A stretch of 64,000 nucleotides of DNA from Chloroflexota bacterium (lineage in GTDB: Bacteria; Chloroflexota; UBA11872; VXOZ01), in contig CAXXVD010000003.1 of the NCBI GenBank assembly GCA_963662335.2, forward strand, positions 544,001-608,000, read 5' to 3'. The translations under genes were made by a program, and so were the position numbers. Below are positions 19,554 through 29,697 of the stretch, in pieces; positions within the stretch are counted from its first letter, which is position 1; each line of letters starts with the position of its first letter. The notes under the pieces were generated by a model, which made no database searches, was not told where the DNA came from, and saw only the letters and a program-made list of their open reading frames with translations.

Positions 19554-21005
19554 TCAAGCAGCCACCTCTTTGGCAAGCGTTTGCAGCGCATCGACCATCC
19601 GCTCGCACGCTCCCGGCGCCAGCATGGTGCAGCTTGGCTCGAACCCGCCTCGTTCCGCCTCGGCGCGCGGGGGAATGTAGTTGACGTAGCCGTTCGCGCA
19701 CGTAGCTACAATACTGCCCCGCCAGCCCGCTTGCGACGCCCAGGCGGAGAGTGCGAGGCCGGTCTCGGCAAAGACCTCCGCCGGCGAGGCCAACACCAGC
19801 ACGTTGCCCAGCCGCACGGCCTGCAACGGCGCCGCCACGCGCTCGCGCTCCAGGTCCGCCCGCCGGGTCTCCAGGTCGCCCCACTTCAGTTGATAGCGCA
19901 AGAAGGCGCTTTCCTGATACAACGCCCAGCGTTCCTTGACGTCTCGTGAGCCGCCGGCCGGCGTTTGCGCCAGCGTGCCCAGCCTTCGTTCAAGCTCAGC
20001 CAGCCGGGAGCGCTGTGCGTCGCGCGCTTGGTAGGGCTTCAACGGCAGTTCAACCTGCCGCGTAGCGGCGCTAATGACATACGGGCCGCCGAGGTCGGCC
20101 AACCCGCTTGCCGCCGCTCGCAGGGCGCTGCCAAGCTGGCGGCCCACCCGCAGTACCTCCGCATAGCTCGGCTCTTGATAGCGCGGCCGCACGTCGCCAC
20201 TACAGCCCTGCAAGAAGAGGGCCGCGCCGCCCAGTTCGCGTTCCGCTTGTGCCGCGAGAATGCCGGGAAAATCGGCGCAGGTGCGCCGGCCGGCAAAACT
20301 ATGGGTTACCGGGTGGCACGCGGCGCTGACAATACTCGCGATATTCGCCCCGTCGCCGCCCTCGAAAACGAGCAGGCGCAGGGAATCGTCAACGACGCCT
20401 TGCGGCTCGATGGGGCCGCCGGCCATGCCAAGCTGCGCCCGCGTCGCCCCGAGCGCGCCGGCCAAGCGGTCGGCAATCGCCTCCCAGTGCGGCTCCGCGC
20501 CGATGAGCATGCACACCACGTCCGGCAGCGCCTCCCGGCGGTTGTACGCAACACCCTCGTGCTGCGCCGTCGCGTAGCGCATGCGGGCAACCGGCCGCAC
20601 TGCGCGGCTCGCCCGGGAGACGGCTGAAACGATGCGGTCATTGAGGGTTTCCTGCCAGGGGGAAGGCGGCGCGGCGAACGGCTCGAGCAGCGAGTTGTTC
20701 GAGTGATTGTGGGTGCACGCGACCAATACGTTGGCGGCGGGGATGCCGCAGCGCGCAGCGATGCGCGCCAGTATCGCCTGGTACTGGTCTTCGCGCAGCG
20801 TGCAGAGGTCTACCGAGACGAGCGCAAGACGGGTGTCGCCCTGTTCCAGCGCGAGCGCCCGCGCCCAGCAATCGTCGTGCCGCCCGGCAACCGCCACCGG
20901 CTCCCCGCCACCGCTGTAGGCAAACGGCAACGGTACGCCCAGCGGCGGATTGATGCGCTCGGCGCCGGCGCCAACTCGTAACTCGCTTTGTTGGATCGCC
21001 GCCAC
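19554..21005 (-). CDS. Neutral/alkaline ceramidase-like N-terminal domain metallohydrolase
   Basis: HDD.WARAL, VSVDL, ACTHNHS, ACHP, ADFPG, FLQGCSGDV, E.F.E.G, NGY..YIP. Confidence 0.75.
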   Translation of the reverse strand: MAAIQQSELRVGAGAERINPPLGVPLPFAYSGGGEPVAVAGRHDDCWARALALEQGDTRLALVSVDLCTLREDQYQAILARIAARCGIPAANVLVACTHNHSNNSLLEPFAAPPSPWQETLNDRIVSAVSRASRAVRPVARMRYATAQHEGVAYNRREALPDVVCMLIGAEPHWEAIADRLAGALGATRAQLGMAGGPIEPQGVVDDSLRLLVFEGGDGANIASIVSAACHPVTHSFAGRRTCADFPGILAAQAERELGGAALFLQGCSGDVRPRYQEPSYAEVLRVGRQLGSALRAAASGLADLGGPYVISAATRQVELPLKPYQARDAQRSRLAELERRLGTLAQTPAGGSRDVKERWALYQESAFLRYQLKWGDLETRRADLERERVAAPLQAVRLGNVLVLASPAEVFAETGLALSAWASQAGWRGSIVATCANGYVNYIPPRAEAERGGFEPSCTMLAPGACERMVDALQTLAKEVAA

Positions 21006-21115
21006 AATAGTGCGCTTTCCGTCTCTCCACCACGCCTGCTTGTGTTGGCCAATTCGCCAACAAATCCGGTAGCTGGGGCGGGAAGGCCGTTCGCCGCGCT
21101 CGACGCCGCCGATAC

Positions 21116-21216
21116 GTCATTCCGAACGGAGCGCAGCGCAGTGAGGAATCTAGGGTGCTGAGCCTGCAACGCTCACTGTGGCGCACCCCTAGATTCCTCG
21201 CTGCGCTCGGAATGAC
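21116..21216. repeat. REP-like element, GTCATTCCGAGCGCAGCGAGGAATCT family (complete doublet)
   Basis: GTCATTCCGAACGGAGCGCAGCGCAGTGAGGAATCTAGGG...CCCTAGATTCCTCGCTGCGCTCGGAATGAC; half copies at 40627, 51395 and 52544. Confidence 0.8.
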
Positions 21217-21293
21217 GGGAGCGATCACCGCCGGCTAGCGGAAGCGGAATCCGTCAACGAATTATCTGACACTTACACTGCCAGGCCGCCGGC

Positions 21294-22706
21294 CTAATTG
21301 CCGCCGAGAGTCTCGTTGATGAGATCCGCCGCCCAGCGCGCGTACTCCGCGGCCGTGAGGTTGCCGGCAAGGAACTCGCGGTACTGGCCGTTGAGGTCGC
21401 CGGAGATGTCGCCGTACTCGGTGAACGTCCACAGGCCCCAACCGGCCGGCTTGGTGGTGCGCGAGTGCAAGAGGAACGCGCGGGGATCCACGCCCAGCGC
21501 ATCCTGATAGCCCGCCTGCGCCAGCGAAGAAGCGTCGTCGTTCAGCAGCGGCGAAACCACGTGGCCCGCCGACGGCGGAAAGCGCCCGCCGTTCTCCGGC
21601 CTGAGGAGCCATTTGAAGAGTTCCCAGGCGAGATCGTTATTGTCGGCGCCGTCGTCGGCCATCTGCAACGGATGAGTCCACGTGCGTCCCGACTGGCTCG
21701 GCCCTTCGCCGGAATAGGGCATGGTCCCCAGCGCCCACGTGAACGGCGCGTCGCGGAACGACGTGCACGTGAGTTGCATCGCCACTTTGCCGGACATGAA
21801 GACGTTACCGCGTTGGCCGCCCATGGCCGCCTCGCGCTCCTCAGCGTTCGGCGTTACGCGATGCTTGTCGCCAAAGTCGCGCCACCAGTTAAGCGCGTCG
21901 ACGAATTCAGGCGAATCTATTGTCGCGCGCCCGGCCTCGGCGTCCCACGGGCCCACGCCCCAATAGGTGCCGGTGCCGATACCGCCGCCATTGGAGCAGG
22001 TGATGCCGCCGCCGTGCCCGAACTGCGTACGGTCTTCGTTGGTGAGTTGCGTGGCCAGATCCAGGAAGGTCTCCATATTCCAGTCGGTGTCGTTCAAGTC
22101 GACGGGCAGCGGATTGATGCCGTTCGCCTCGAAGAGTTCCACGTTGTACGCCATGGCGTCTACCGACATGGTGATTGGCATACCCAGAATCCTGCCCTCC
22201 ACCGTCCACATGCCGATGGCCGGCGCGGCAAAGGTGGCCTCCGGGTCGATCTTGTCGCGGGTGAAGAACGGCGCGAGGTCAATCGTGACGCCGGTCTCGA
22301 ACGTGGTGAGCACCGCGCTCCAGCCGTTTTCCATGATGTTGATCGGGTCGCCGGCCGCCTGCGCCGCGTAGAACTTCGTCCGCACCTCGCCCCAGCCGCC
22401 GGACGGCACCAGGTCGATCGCGATGTGGGGCATCTCCTCGCTAAAGTCGGCGAGCACCGGCTCGAGCACCGGGCGCGTGGTGGGCTTTTCCGCCGAGATC
22501 ATGGAGATCGTGACGGTCTCGACCTGCGGCGCCGCCGTCGGTTCGGCTTGCGGCGCCTCTTCCTTCGCCTCAGCCTGTGGCGCTTCCTCCGCCGGGTCCA
22601 CCGCCGCCTGTCCGCAAGCGGCGCCGATCACCGCCCCCAGCGCGCCCGCGCCCACGCCCGCCAGCGCCGTGCGCCGGGTGACTTTCGTAGAGTGCACTAA
22701 ACTCAT
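21294..22706 (-). CDS. ABC transporter substrate-binding lipoprotein, Tat signal
   Basis: TRRTAL, GAAC lipobox, AYNVELFEANG. Confidence 0.9.
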   Translation of the reverse strand: MSLVHSTKVTRRTALAGVGAGALGAVIGAACGQAAVDPAEEAPQAEAKEEAPQAEPTAAPQVETVTISMISAEKPTTRPVLEPVLADFSEEMPHIAIDLVPSGGWGEVRTKFYAAQAAGDPINIMENGWSAVLTTFETGVTIDLAPFFTRDKIDPEATFAAPAIGMWTVEGRILGMPITMSVDAMAYNVELFEANGINPLPVDLNDTDWNMETFLDLATQLTNEDRTQFGHGGGITCSNGGGIGTGTYWGVGPWDAEAGRATIDSPEFVDALNWWRDFGDKHRVTPNAEEREAAMGGQRGNVFMSGKVAMQLTCTSFRDAPFTWALGTMPYSGEGPSQSGRTWTHPLQMADDGADNNDLAWELFKWLLRPENGGRFPPSAGHVVSPLLNDDASSLAQAGYQDALGVDPRAFLLHSRTTKPAGWGLWTFTEYGDISGDLNGQYREFLAGNLTAAEYARWAADLINETLGGN

Positions 22707-22774
22707 CGCGCAATACCTCCATTTGCCTTGCGCCTACGACTGAGGAGAATTGAAAATGCTTCGGTCTCCCCAAT

Positions 22775-22796
22775 GTGGCAGTGTCTATACTGTCAC
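22775..22796. promoter_or_regulatory. Candidate operator dyad upstream of the SBP gene
   Basis: GTGGCAGTGT-CT-ATACTGTCAC imperfect inverted repeat just downstream of a TTGACT-18-CAGTAT promoter (minus strand). Confidence 0.4.
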
Positions 22797-23020
22797 CCAT
22801 ATACTGAATTAATGTTGTGCCTCTAGTCAAGACCGTAGGGCCGGAGCAATCTGAGGAAGATCGGAAACGCGGGGAATGACAATACCAGGAAGAGGGACTG
22901 TTGCAGAATGGACTGGGCATGACGAGACTTGCATCCTCTTTCCGCTACCATTTAGGCAAGCTTTCTTGTGCTAGCTTGAAACAAGGCGCGTCTCGCATGC
23001 GTCGGCGCAAAGTTAATGTG

Positions 23021-23039
23021 ACGTTGATCAAGTCAACGT
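23021..23039. promoter_or_regulatory. Candidate operator upstream of the VOC gene
   Basis: Perfect 7-bp arms ACGTTGA-N5-TCAACGT next to the RBS. Confidence 0.45.
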
Positions 23040-23049
23040 GGAGTACCTG

Positions 23050-23430
23050 ATGAAACCAAGAGGCGTCGATTTCTTCTGCTACACCGTCAGTGACATCAAC
23101 AAGAGCGCGGACTTCTACGAGAACACGCTGGGGCTCACGCTCGCCGGGTGGCTCGGCGCCGGGTGGGTGGAGTTTGCGGTTGGCGACACGCCAACGGTGC
23201 TTGCGCTGCGTGCCTCACGCGAGAGCCCGGACGCGAATGGAGCGGTTGGCGGCGGCGCCATCGCCATCGCGGTCGCCGACGTGCGGCAAGCGGTTGACGA
23301 GTTGCGCGCGCGGGGCGTGGAGGTGGCGCTTGAGCCTGGTGAACAGGCGGCCTGTTACGCTGCCGGCATCGCCGACCCGGACGGCAACCTGATCCTGCTC
23401 CACAGCCGCAAGGATGGGACGGCGGGCTAA
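23050..23430 (+). CDS. VOC (glyoxalase/bleomycin resistance) family protein
   Basis: VSDINKSADFYENTLGL ... DPDGNLI. Confidence 0.88.
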   Translation: MKPRGVDFFCYTVSDINKSADFYENTLGLTLAGWLGAGWVEFAVGDTPTVLALRASRESPDANGAVGGGAIAIAVADVRQAVDELRARGVEVALEPGEQAACYAAGIADPDGNLILLHSRKDGTAG

Positions 23431-23520
23431 ACCGGCGACGCCCGGAAAGCCGCCGCCCGCTCACGGTGCGCGCGCGAGATTCGGGTGCGGACGCGCTTGG
23501 CAGCCAGCGCGGCAGGCCGG

Positions 23521-24567
23521 CTAGAGCGCGGCCATCAGTTCCTCGTGGTACGCGAAGATGGCCGGAATGCCGCCGGTGTGCACCATGATGACCGGCCGGT
23601 TGGCGAGCAGAGCGCCGTTGCGCGCCGCGTCGATAAGGCCGGACATCGTCTTGCCGGTATAGACCGGATCGAGCAGGATGCCCTCGTGCTGCGCCGTGAG
23701 CCGGATGGCTTCCATGCCCGGCTCCGTAATTTCGCCGTAACCGGCGCCGAGATAGTCGTCGGAGACGCGCACCTCGTCAGCCGTGAGGCCGCAGGGAATG
23801 TCAAGCTGTTCCGCAAGCCGTTGCGACCGCGCCGCCACGTTTGCGCGCTGCTCGTCGGCGGGCTCCTTGATGGAGATGCCGACGACCTCGACGTCCAACC
23901 CCAGCACTTTGACGCCGGCGGCAAAACCGGCGTGGGTAGTGCCGGAGCCGGAAGTGATGAAGATGGCGCTTGGCGGCTGCGGCAGCGCCGGCAGTTGCGC
24001 GGCAAGCTCAAGGGCGCAACTCAAGTAGCCGCACATGGCCCGCAGCGCCGGTTCAGGATACATGCTCGTGATCCGGTAGGGCTTTCTTCCCTGCGCCCGC
24101 AACTCCGCCTCGATGGGGTCGATGCGCGCCTGCAAGTTGTCGATGCTCGTGTCTGCCAGCACCGTGACGTTGGCGCCAAAGATGTGATCGAGCAAGAGAT
24201 TTCCCTGCACGTCGTTGTGGAGGCCGCCGGAGAGCACCAGAAAGCAGTCCAGTCCCACCTTGGCGCAGGCGGCGGAGGCCTGGCGGCACTGGTTCGACTG
24301 GGTGTCCGCGCCCGCGACCACGCTGTCGCAGCCCTGCGCCACCGCCGAACCGATCTGAAACTCCAGGTTGCGCGTCTTGTTGCCCCCCAGGGCGAGTCCC
24401 GTCAGGTCGTCGCGCTTGATGTAGATTGGCGGCCCGCCCACCGCCTCCGAGAGCCGGGGGCAGGCGTCCAATGGCGTAGGGAACGTGCCCAGTGCGACGC
24501 GGGGCTGCTCATCCAGCTTTGCTGCCAGTTCGTCTTGTGTCAAAACGTGTGCGCTCTGTACGGCCAT
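23521..24567 (-). CDS. D-cysteine desulfhydrase / ACC deaminase family PLP enzyme
   Basis: PTPL, IKRDDLTG.ALGGNK.R, SGSGTT.AG, LLDPVYTGK, HTGG. Confidence 0.9.
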   Translation of the reverse strand: MAVQSAHVLTQDELAAKLDEQPRVALGTFPTPLDACPRLSEAVGGPPIYIKRDDLTGLALGGNKTRNLEFQIGSAVAQGCDSVVAGADTQSNQCRQASAACAKVGLDCFLVLSGGLHNDVQGNLLLDHIFGANVTVLADTSIDNLQARIDPIEAELRAQGRKPYRITSMYPEPALRAMCGYLSCALELAAQLPALPQPPSAIFITSGSGTTHAGFAAGVKVLGLDVEVVGISIKEPADEQRANVAARSQRLAEQLDIPCGLTADEVRVSDDYLGAGYGEITEPGMEAIRLTAQHEGILLDPVYTGKTMSGLIDAARNGALLANRPVIMVHTGGIPAIFAYHEELMAAL

Positions 24568-24663
24568 GTCTTGTGCTCCTCTACTGGTCTCCACCGACTC
24601 TGTCTTTTGGTCACGTCTATCACCGCGGCTGGTTCAACGTCTCTTTTCGCGCGGCCGTCGCGG

Positions 24664-24687
24664 GCGCAGGTTCCAAACCTGCGCTAC
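24664..24687. repeat. GTAG-type REP (GTAGCGCAGGTTTG.AACCTGCGC family)
   Basis: Copies at 24664, 27011, 32177, 35725 and 37318. Confidence 0.7.
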
Positions 24688-24742
24688 CGGGCTTTTGATC
24701 CCGGCGCTATCCGAACAGGTGTTCTAACCCAGTGTACTCCGC

Positions 24743-25786
24743 TCAGTCCGTCCGCACCAGATAGCCCCGGATGTCGTACGCGCCCGGCTCTTCCACCGGC
24801 AGCGCGCCTTCGTCGATCGCCAATTCCAGGGGGTTGTCCGTAATCTCCAGCGGCAGATTGACGATGCCGCGCGTGTAGGTGGAAGCCGCAATCGCCAACA
24901 GCACTTCCAGCGCCTGGCGGCCGTTGTGGGCGTGGCCCCGGTGCTCGCGCCGCCCTTCCATCCATTCGATCAACTCTTTGGCCTGGAGCGCCTGCGCGTT
25001 GGGCTCATTGAAAGATTGCTCCGTGATGCCATTGGCATCGAGCAGCCGGAGGCCGTTGCTTACGGGGAAGATGCTGCCGTGCGAGCCGTAGACGATGCAG
25101 GGCTGCACGCGCCGGTCGTCGCCGATGTCGGACTCCAGGATGCCGCGCACGCCGCCGGCAAAGCCGATGAGCGCCTGGGCGCGGTCCTCGATGCGCTCGG
25201 CGCGTTCGTAACGGTCCGTCCGCCGTTCCACGGACCCCATCACCCACGCCACCTTGGGGTCGCCCAGGATATAGCGCGCGTAGTCCACGTTGTGGATCGA
25301 GCTATTGGTCAGGCCGCCGTTCTGCTGGATGTAGAGCATCTCCACCCGGCCAATGGCGCCGTCGGCGATGAGATGCCGGATGGCGTTCGTCTGCTTGCGA
25401 AAGCGGCCCTGATGGCCGATCACCAGCTTGGCGCCGTTGCGGTCGGCGGCGTCGATCATGGCGTCGGCCTCGGCCAGCGTGCGCGCCATGGGCTTCTCGC
25501 AGATGATGCCGCGCACGCCCGCCGCGGCGGCGGCAATTGACATGGGCGCGTGGAGTCCCGGCCACGAGCAGACGCTGACGATGTCCAGGTCTTCCTTCTC
25601 CAGCATCGCATGGTAGTCGGCGTAGCCGCCGCCGATGTCGTGCGCCTCCTGCAACTCCGCTAAAGCCTTGGGATGCGTGTCCGACGCGGCCACCATCTTC
25701 ACGTTGTCCAACTCGGCGTACGCCTGCGCGTGCGCCTTGCCCATCCAACCGCAACCGATGATGCCGACGCGATATGTCTTGGCCAT
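24743..25786 (-). CDS. Gfo/Idh/MocA family oxidoreductase
   Basis: VGIIGCG, CEKPMA, GHQGRF. Confidence 0.92.
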   Translation of the reverse strand: MAKTYRVGIIGCGWMGKAHAQAYAELDNVKMVAASDTHPKALAELQEAHDIGGGYADYHAMLEKEDLDIVSVCSWPGLHAPMSIAAAAAGVRGIICEKPMARTLAEADAMIDAADRNGAKLVIGHQGRFRKQTNAIRHLIADGAIGRVEMLYIQQNGGLTNSSIHNVDYARYILGDPKVAWVMGSVERRTDRYERAERIEDRAQALIGFAGGVRGILESDIGDDRRVQPCIVYGSHGSIFPVSNGLRLLDANGITEQSFNEPNAQALQAKELIEWMEGRREHRGHAHNGRQALEVLLAIAASTYTRGIVNLPLEITDNPLELAIDEGALPVEEPGAYDIRGYLVRTD

Positions 25787-26004
25787 TGTGCTCTCCCGCG
25801 TAGATTACATGAAAACAGTGGCTCTATTATTCACGCGCCGCTGTCTTGAGCGCAAGAAGCGCGGGCACGGGCGTGTCCGCTCACCTGCCATCTAGCGCGG
25901 TCGGGATATTCCCAATGCGCGTGCTACCTGCTATCATGATTTCCAAATTCGCGCGCAGAAGTCGGAAGTGTACACTCCGATTGAGACATGAGGAGAGTCC
26001 CGCT

Positions 26005-26985
26005 ATGGCAAGCACGTTGCGAACCGGCGTCATCGGCTGCGGAGGCCTGGGCCCGAGCGAGGCCAAGATTTCGCATGAGATGGACGGCATCGAACTGGTC
26101 GGCGTGGTGGACGTGAACCTCGAATCCGCCCAGGCGGTGGCGGACGAGCTTGGCGTCAAGGCCTTCGACAACCACGGCGATCTTCTCGCTGAGGGGCTCG
26201 ACGCCGTCTTGGTGGTGACGCCCACCTGGACGCACCGGGAAATCTGCGTGGACGCGGCAAACGCCGGCATCGCCATCTTCTGCGAGAAGCCGATGGCGCT
26301 CAAGCTGGACGACTGCGACGCCATGATCGCCGCCGCCGAGAAGAACGGCGTGCCGCTGATGCTCGGCTTCGTGATGCGCTACTGGCCGATCTACGTCGAA
26401 ATCCACAAGCGGCTGGAGAACGGCGACATCGGTGACCTCAAACTGGCGTGGTCGACGCGCCTCAGCGGCCGGCCGCCGTTTGGCGTGGGCGAGTGGCGGC
26501 TGCGGCGCGAGACCGTGGGCGGCACGTGGTCGTCGTCGGTGCACGAACTCGACCTGCTGCTCTGGATGGGCGGCCCGGTGGCCTCGGTGCACGGCAACGC
26601 CACCTTTGGCACGTTTGCCAATACGGACGTCGAGGACACGTTCATTACGACGCTGAACTATGCAAACGGTGCGATTGGGTCGCTGCACAGCAGCCAGATC
26701 TACCCGGCGGGCGCGTCCAACTTCGGCCTCGCCGGCACCAAAGGCGCAATTCACATCAACCGGCACTCCGATCCGCTCTTGGTGACTCACGACGGCTCAC
26801 GCGAGCAGATCGAGGTGGAATCCAGCAGCGTGGGTATGACCAACCAACTCGCCGCGTTCTACGACTGCGCCCGCAGCGGCGCGACCCCCATGCCCGACGG
26901 CCACGACGGCCGCCGCGCGTTGGAGGTGTGCCTGGCGACGTTCATGTCGGCGGAGCAGGGCGGGGATATTCAACTGCCGCTCTAG
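26005..26985 (+). CDS. Gfo/Idh/MocA family oxidoreductase
   Basis: GVIGCG, TPTWTH, CEKPMA, HELD; start MASTLR behind GAGGAG. Confidence 0.92.
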   Translation: MASTLRTGVIGCGGLGPSEAKISHEMDGIELVGVVDVNLESAQAVADELGVKAFDNHGDLLAEGLDAVLVVTPTWTHREICVDAANAGIAIFCEKPMALKLDDCDAMIAAAEKNGVPLMLGFVMRYWPIYVEIHKRLENGDIGDLKLAWSTRLSGRPPFGVGEWRLRRETVGGTWSSSVHELDLLLWMGGPVASVHGNATFGTFANTDVEDTFITTLNYANGAIGSLHSSQIYPAGASNFGLAGTKGAIHINRHSDPLLVTHDGSREQIEVESSSVGMTNQLAAFYDCARSGATPMPDGHDGRRALEVCLATFMSAEQGGDIQLPL

Positions 26986-27010
26986 CGGCGCAACGCTCTC
27001 GCATTGACGG

Positions 27011-27034
27011 GTAGCGTAGGTTTGTAACCTGCGC
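27011..27034. repeat. GTAG-type REP
   Basis: GTAGCGTAGGTTTGTAACCTGCGC. Confidence 0.65.
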
Positions 27035-27219
27035 CAGTGCGGGTAATTGCTGCCCACGCATTCCCACCATTGGCGCGTAGCCAAAGTGCACGGCTGTTGG
27101 CGCGCTTGGCCGGTTTGCATCGCTCTGCCAGATTGCCGGAAAAACACCGGCGCTTGACCGCCCGCCGTTTGCGGATGTACGGTGAAGTTAGACGCTGTTG
27201 ACGCAACAGGAATGGCGAC

Positions 27220-27588
27220 ATGGCAACGGAAGTAGAGCGCCCGCCGGAAGACTATGCCACCAAGGCAGAATTGAAGGCGTTGGAACACCGTATCGACGCC
27301 GGCTTCGCAGAGTTGCGGCACGCCATAGAGCTGATCGCCGCAAATACGCGCACCGATATGGCGAACCTGCGTACCGATATGGAGAGTCTGCGCACCGACA
27401 TGGAGCGCTTTCGCACCGATATGGAGGGCATGCGCACTGACTTCGCCGACTTCAAGGCCGACATCAAGATCGACGTGGCCAACCGCCACAACGCGCAGGT
27501 GAAGTGGCTCATCGGTGTGGCCTTGGCGGCAATCGTCGTGGTGCTGGCGGGCCTCGAATTGATACCGCGCTTCTGGCCGGTAGGCTAG
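27220..27588 (+). CDS. DUF1640/CCDC90-like coiled-coil protein with 21-nt tandem repeats and C-terminal TM
   Basis: YATKAEL; RTDMANL-RTDMESL-RTDMERF-RTDMEGM-RTDFADF; KWLIGV TM. Confidence 0.8.
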   Translation: MATEVERPPEDYATKAELKALEHRIDAGFAELRHAIELIAANTRTDMANLRTDMESLRTDMERFRTDMEGMRTDFADFKADIKIDVANRHNAQVKWLIGVALAAIVVVLAGLELIPRFWPVG

Positions 27589-27649
27589 CCCCGGCGCGGG
27601 GCGCGCAGCCCAGGCGCGCACGGATGCAAGTTGAGAAACGGAGTGACCG

Positions 27650-27931
27650 ATGGCGGTCTTCGACACACACAAGACGTTCATGGCGTTCGTAAAGGCCGGG
27701 ATACCGGAAAGTCACGCGGCCGTGCTGGTTGAGGCGATACACGACCGGCGCGACAACCTTGTGACGACAGACGCCTTGAACGCGGCAATCGCCGACTTGA
27801 AAGTAGACATTGCCGACCGCTTCAGCGCCCAGCAGCGCTGGCTCGTCGGCCTCGTCTTCGCTACGGCCGGCCTGGCGATAGCGGCGCTTGGCCTACTGCT
27901 GGCGCCCTTCTTTGACGTTTTGCCGGCGTAG
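27650..27931 (+). CDS. DUF1640/CCDC90-like protein
   Basis: FDTHK...KAGIPESHA, LVTTDAL, RWLVG TM. Confidence 0.8.
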   Translation: MAVFDTHKTFMAFVKAGIPESHAAVLVEAIHDRRDNLVTTDALNAAIADLKVDIADRFSAQQRWLVGLVFATAGLAIAALGLLLAPFFDVLPA

Positions 27932-28121
27932 CGCGCCCGCAAGGGTACGTCCACGCTTGGCATGGCGCTTTGCCCCTGAAGCAAGCGGCTGCGCTTTCCT
28001 TGCAGTACGCGCGCAACGCCTCGGCGAAGGCTATGGTATAGTAGTGACGCTGCCGTAGTGATAGTCTGTACCTTCAAGGCAGTGTGAAACGTGTAGAAGA
28101 GACCATTCAAGGAGGTCTTGC

Positions 28122-29513
28122 ATGCTAAGCGATAAGCGCATCTCACGGAGCCAGTTCCTGCGCGGCGGTGCGGCATTGGTCGGCGGCTCGGCGTTGTTGG
28201 CGGCCTGCGCCCAGGGCGGCATGGCCCCCGCGGCGCCGGCCGACGGCGGCGAACAGGCCGCGGAAGCGGAAAAGCCCGCGATGGCGGAGCCGACGGAAAT
28301 CACCTTCCTCTGGCCCCACTATTCTGCCGGCAAGAGCCGCTGGCTGGAGTGGATTATCGAGACTTACAACGGTAAGGAAACGGGCGTCCACGTAAACACC
28401 ATGGACGTTGCCGGCTCATTTGGCGGCAATCCCAGGACAAAGCTCCTCGCCACGGTGGCCGGCGGCGCGGCCCCGGATATGGGCTGGTTCGGTGTGGGCA
28501 TCCATCCTTTTGCCGGTATCCTCTACGACGCCAACGAACTGCTCAAGGGCCTCAAGTACGACATGAGCCAGCTCAATCAGACCCTGGTCAACGGCCTCAC
28601 CTGGCAGGGCAAGCTGGTGGCGGCCCCTATTGGCATCAACACCACGGCCTGGTTCTACAATAAGGAACTCTTCGACAGAGCCGGCGTGCCCTATCCCCAG
28701 GATAGCGACACGTTCGAGGACCGGCTCGCAGCGGCGCAGCAGGTGTCCACCAGCCTGAGCACCGCCGACGAGAAGATCTGGGGCGTGGCGACCGTCCACT
28801 ACGTCGCCTACTGGATCGCCGGCATGTATCAGGGCTTCATGGACGATTCCGGTACCGAGGTGACAGTAAACGGCCCGCTTGGGCTCGAGTCAGTCCAATG
28901 GTGGCGGGACAACTGGGCCAAGTACGAGGTCGGCCCGCGGCCTGAGGACTACAACCGCCAGGAGGACGCGCAGTTCTTCAATTCGTTTGCCAACGGCAAG
29001 GTCGCCATGGCCGTCTACGGCACGTGGGGCCTGGAGCCGATCCGCCGCCACGAGGCCGGCGTGGACTTCGACATCGTCGAGCAGCCGACGGCGGTTGGCG
29101 ACGGGCAGGAAGGCAAAGGCGCGTTCTTCGGTATCGAGGAGATCTTCACGGTGGCAACCACCAAGAAGCTGGACGCCGCCGCCGAGTTTCTCTCCTTCCT
29201 GGTGGGACCGGAGCACCTGAGCTGGACCGGCGGCCAGGGCAATATCATCCCGGCCATCAACTCGATCGCCGAAGAGGTCTTCGTCCCGACAGAAGATAGC
29301 CCTGACCCGGCGAACCTATTGGCGTTCGCCCGGGCGGCCGATTACGCCAAGCCGTACTTCCCGCATCCCCAGTATGGTGAGTTGCGGGGCGCCTACGGCG
29401 AAGCCATGAGCCCGTGGTGGAGCGAAGAGGCGACCACCGCTGCGCAGGCTTTGGAAAAGGCGGAGGAAGACTGCCAGGTGATCGTGGACGATTGGAACGC
29501 CGCCAACCTGTAA
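28122..29513 (+). CDS. ABC transporter substrate-binding lipoprotein
   Basis: SRSQFL Tat-like motif, LAAC lipobox, FYNKELFDRAGVPYP, FANGKVAM. Confidence 0.9.
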   Translation: MLSDKRISRSQFLRGGAALVGGSALLAACAQGGMAPAAPADGGEQAAEAEKPAMAEPTEITFLWPHYSAGKSRWLEWIIETYNGKETGVHVNTMDVAGSFGGNPRTKLLATVAGGAAPDMGWFGVGIHPFAGILYDANELLKGLKYDMSQLNQTLVNGLTWQGKLVAAPIGINTTAWFYNKELFDRAGVPYPQDSDTFEDRLAAAQQVSTSLSTADEKIWGVATVHYVAYWIAGMYQGFMDDSGTEVTVNGPLGLESVQWWRDNWAKYEVGPRPEDYNRQEDAQFFNSFANGKVAMAVYGTWGLEPIRRHEAGVDFDIVEQPTAVGDGQEGKGAFFGIEEIFTVATTKKLDAAAEFLSFLVGPEHLSWTGGQGNIIPAINSIAEEVFVPTEDSPDPANLLAFARAADYAKPYFPHPQYGELRGAYGEAMSPWWSEEATTAAQALEKAEEDCQVIVDDWNAANL

Positions 29514-29558
29514 ACTGGCGGACCAACGTATCGCCTGACACGAATTCGATTAGGCAGC

Positions 29559-29591
29559 AAGAAGCCCGGAGAGTGTCTCTCCGGGCTTCTT
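29559..29591. terminator. Probable bidirectional intrinsic terminator
   Basis: AAGAAGCCCGGAGAG-TGT-CTCTCCGGGCTTCTT, a perfect 15-bp stem between convergent genes. Confidence 0.8.
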
Positions 29592-29697
29592 CATTGGTGC
29601 TCTGCCGTACGTACGGTATGTCGAAGCGCAGCGGTCGCGGGCGCAACGCCGGGGCGACAAAGTCCGGCAATTCTCTGGATTGTTCGCCGCCCGGCTG

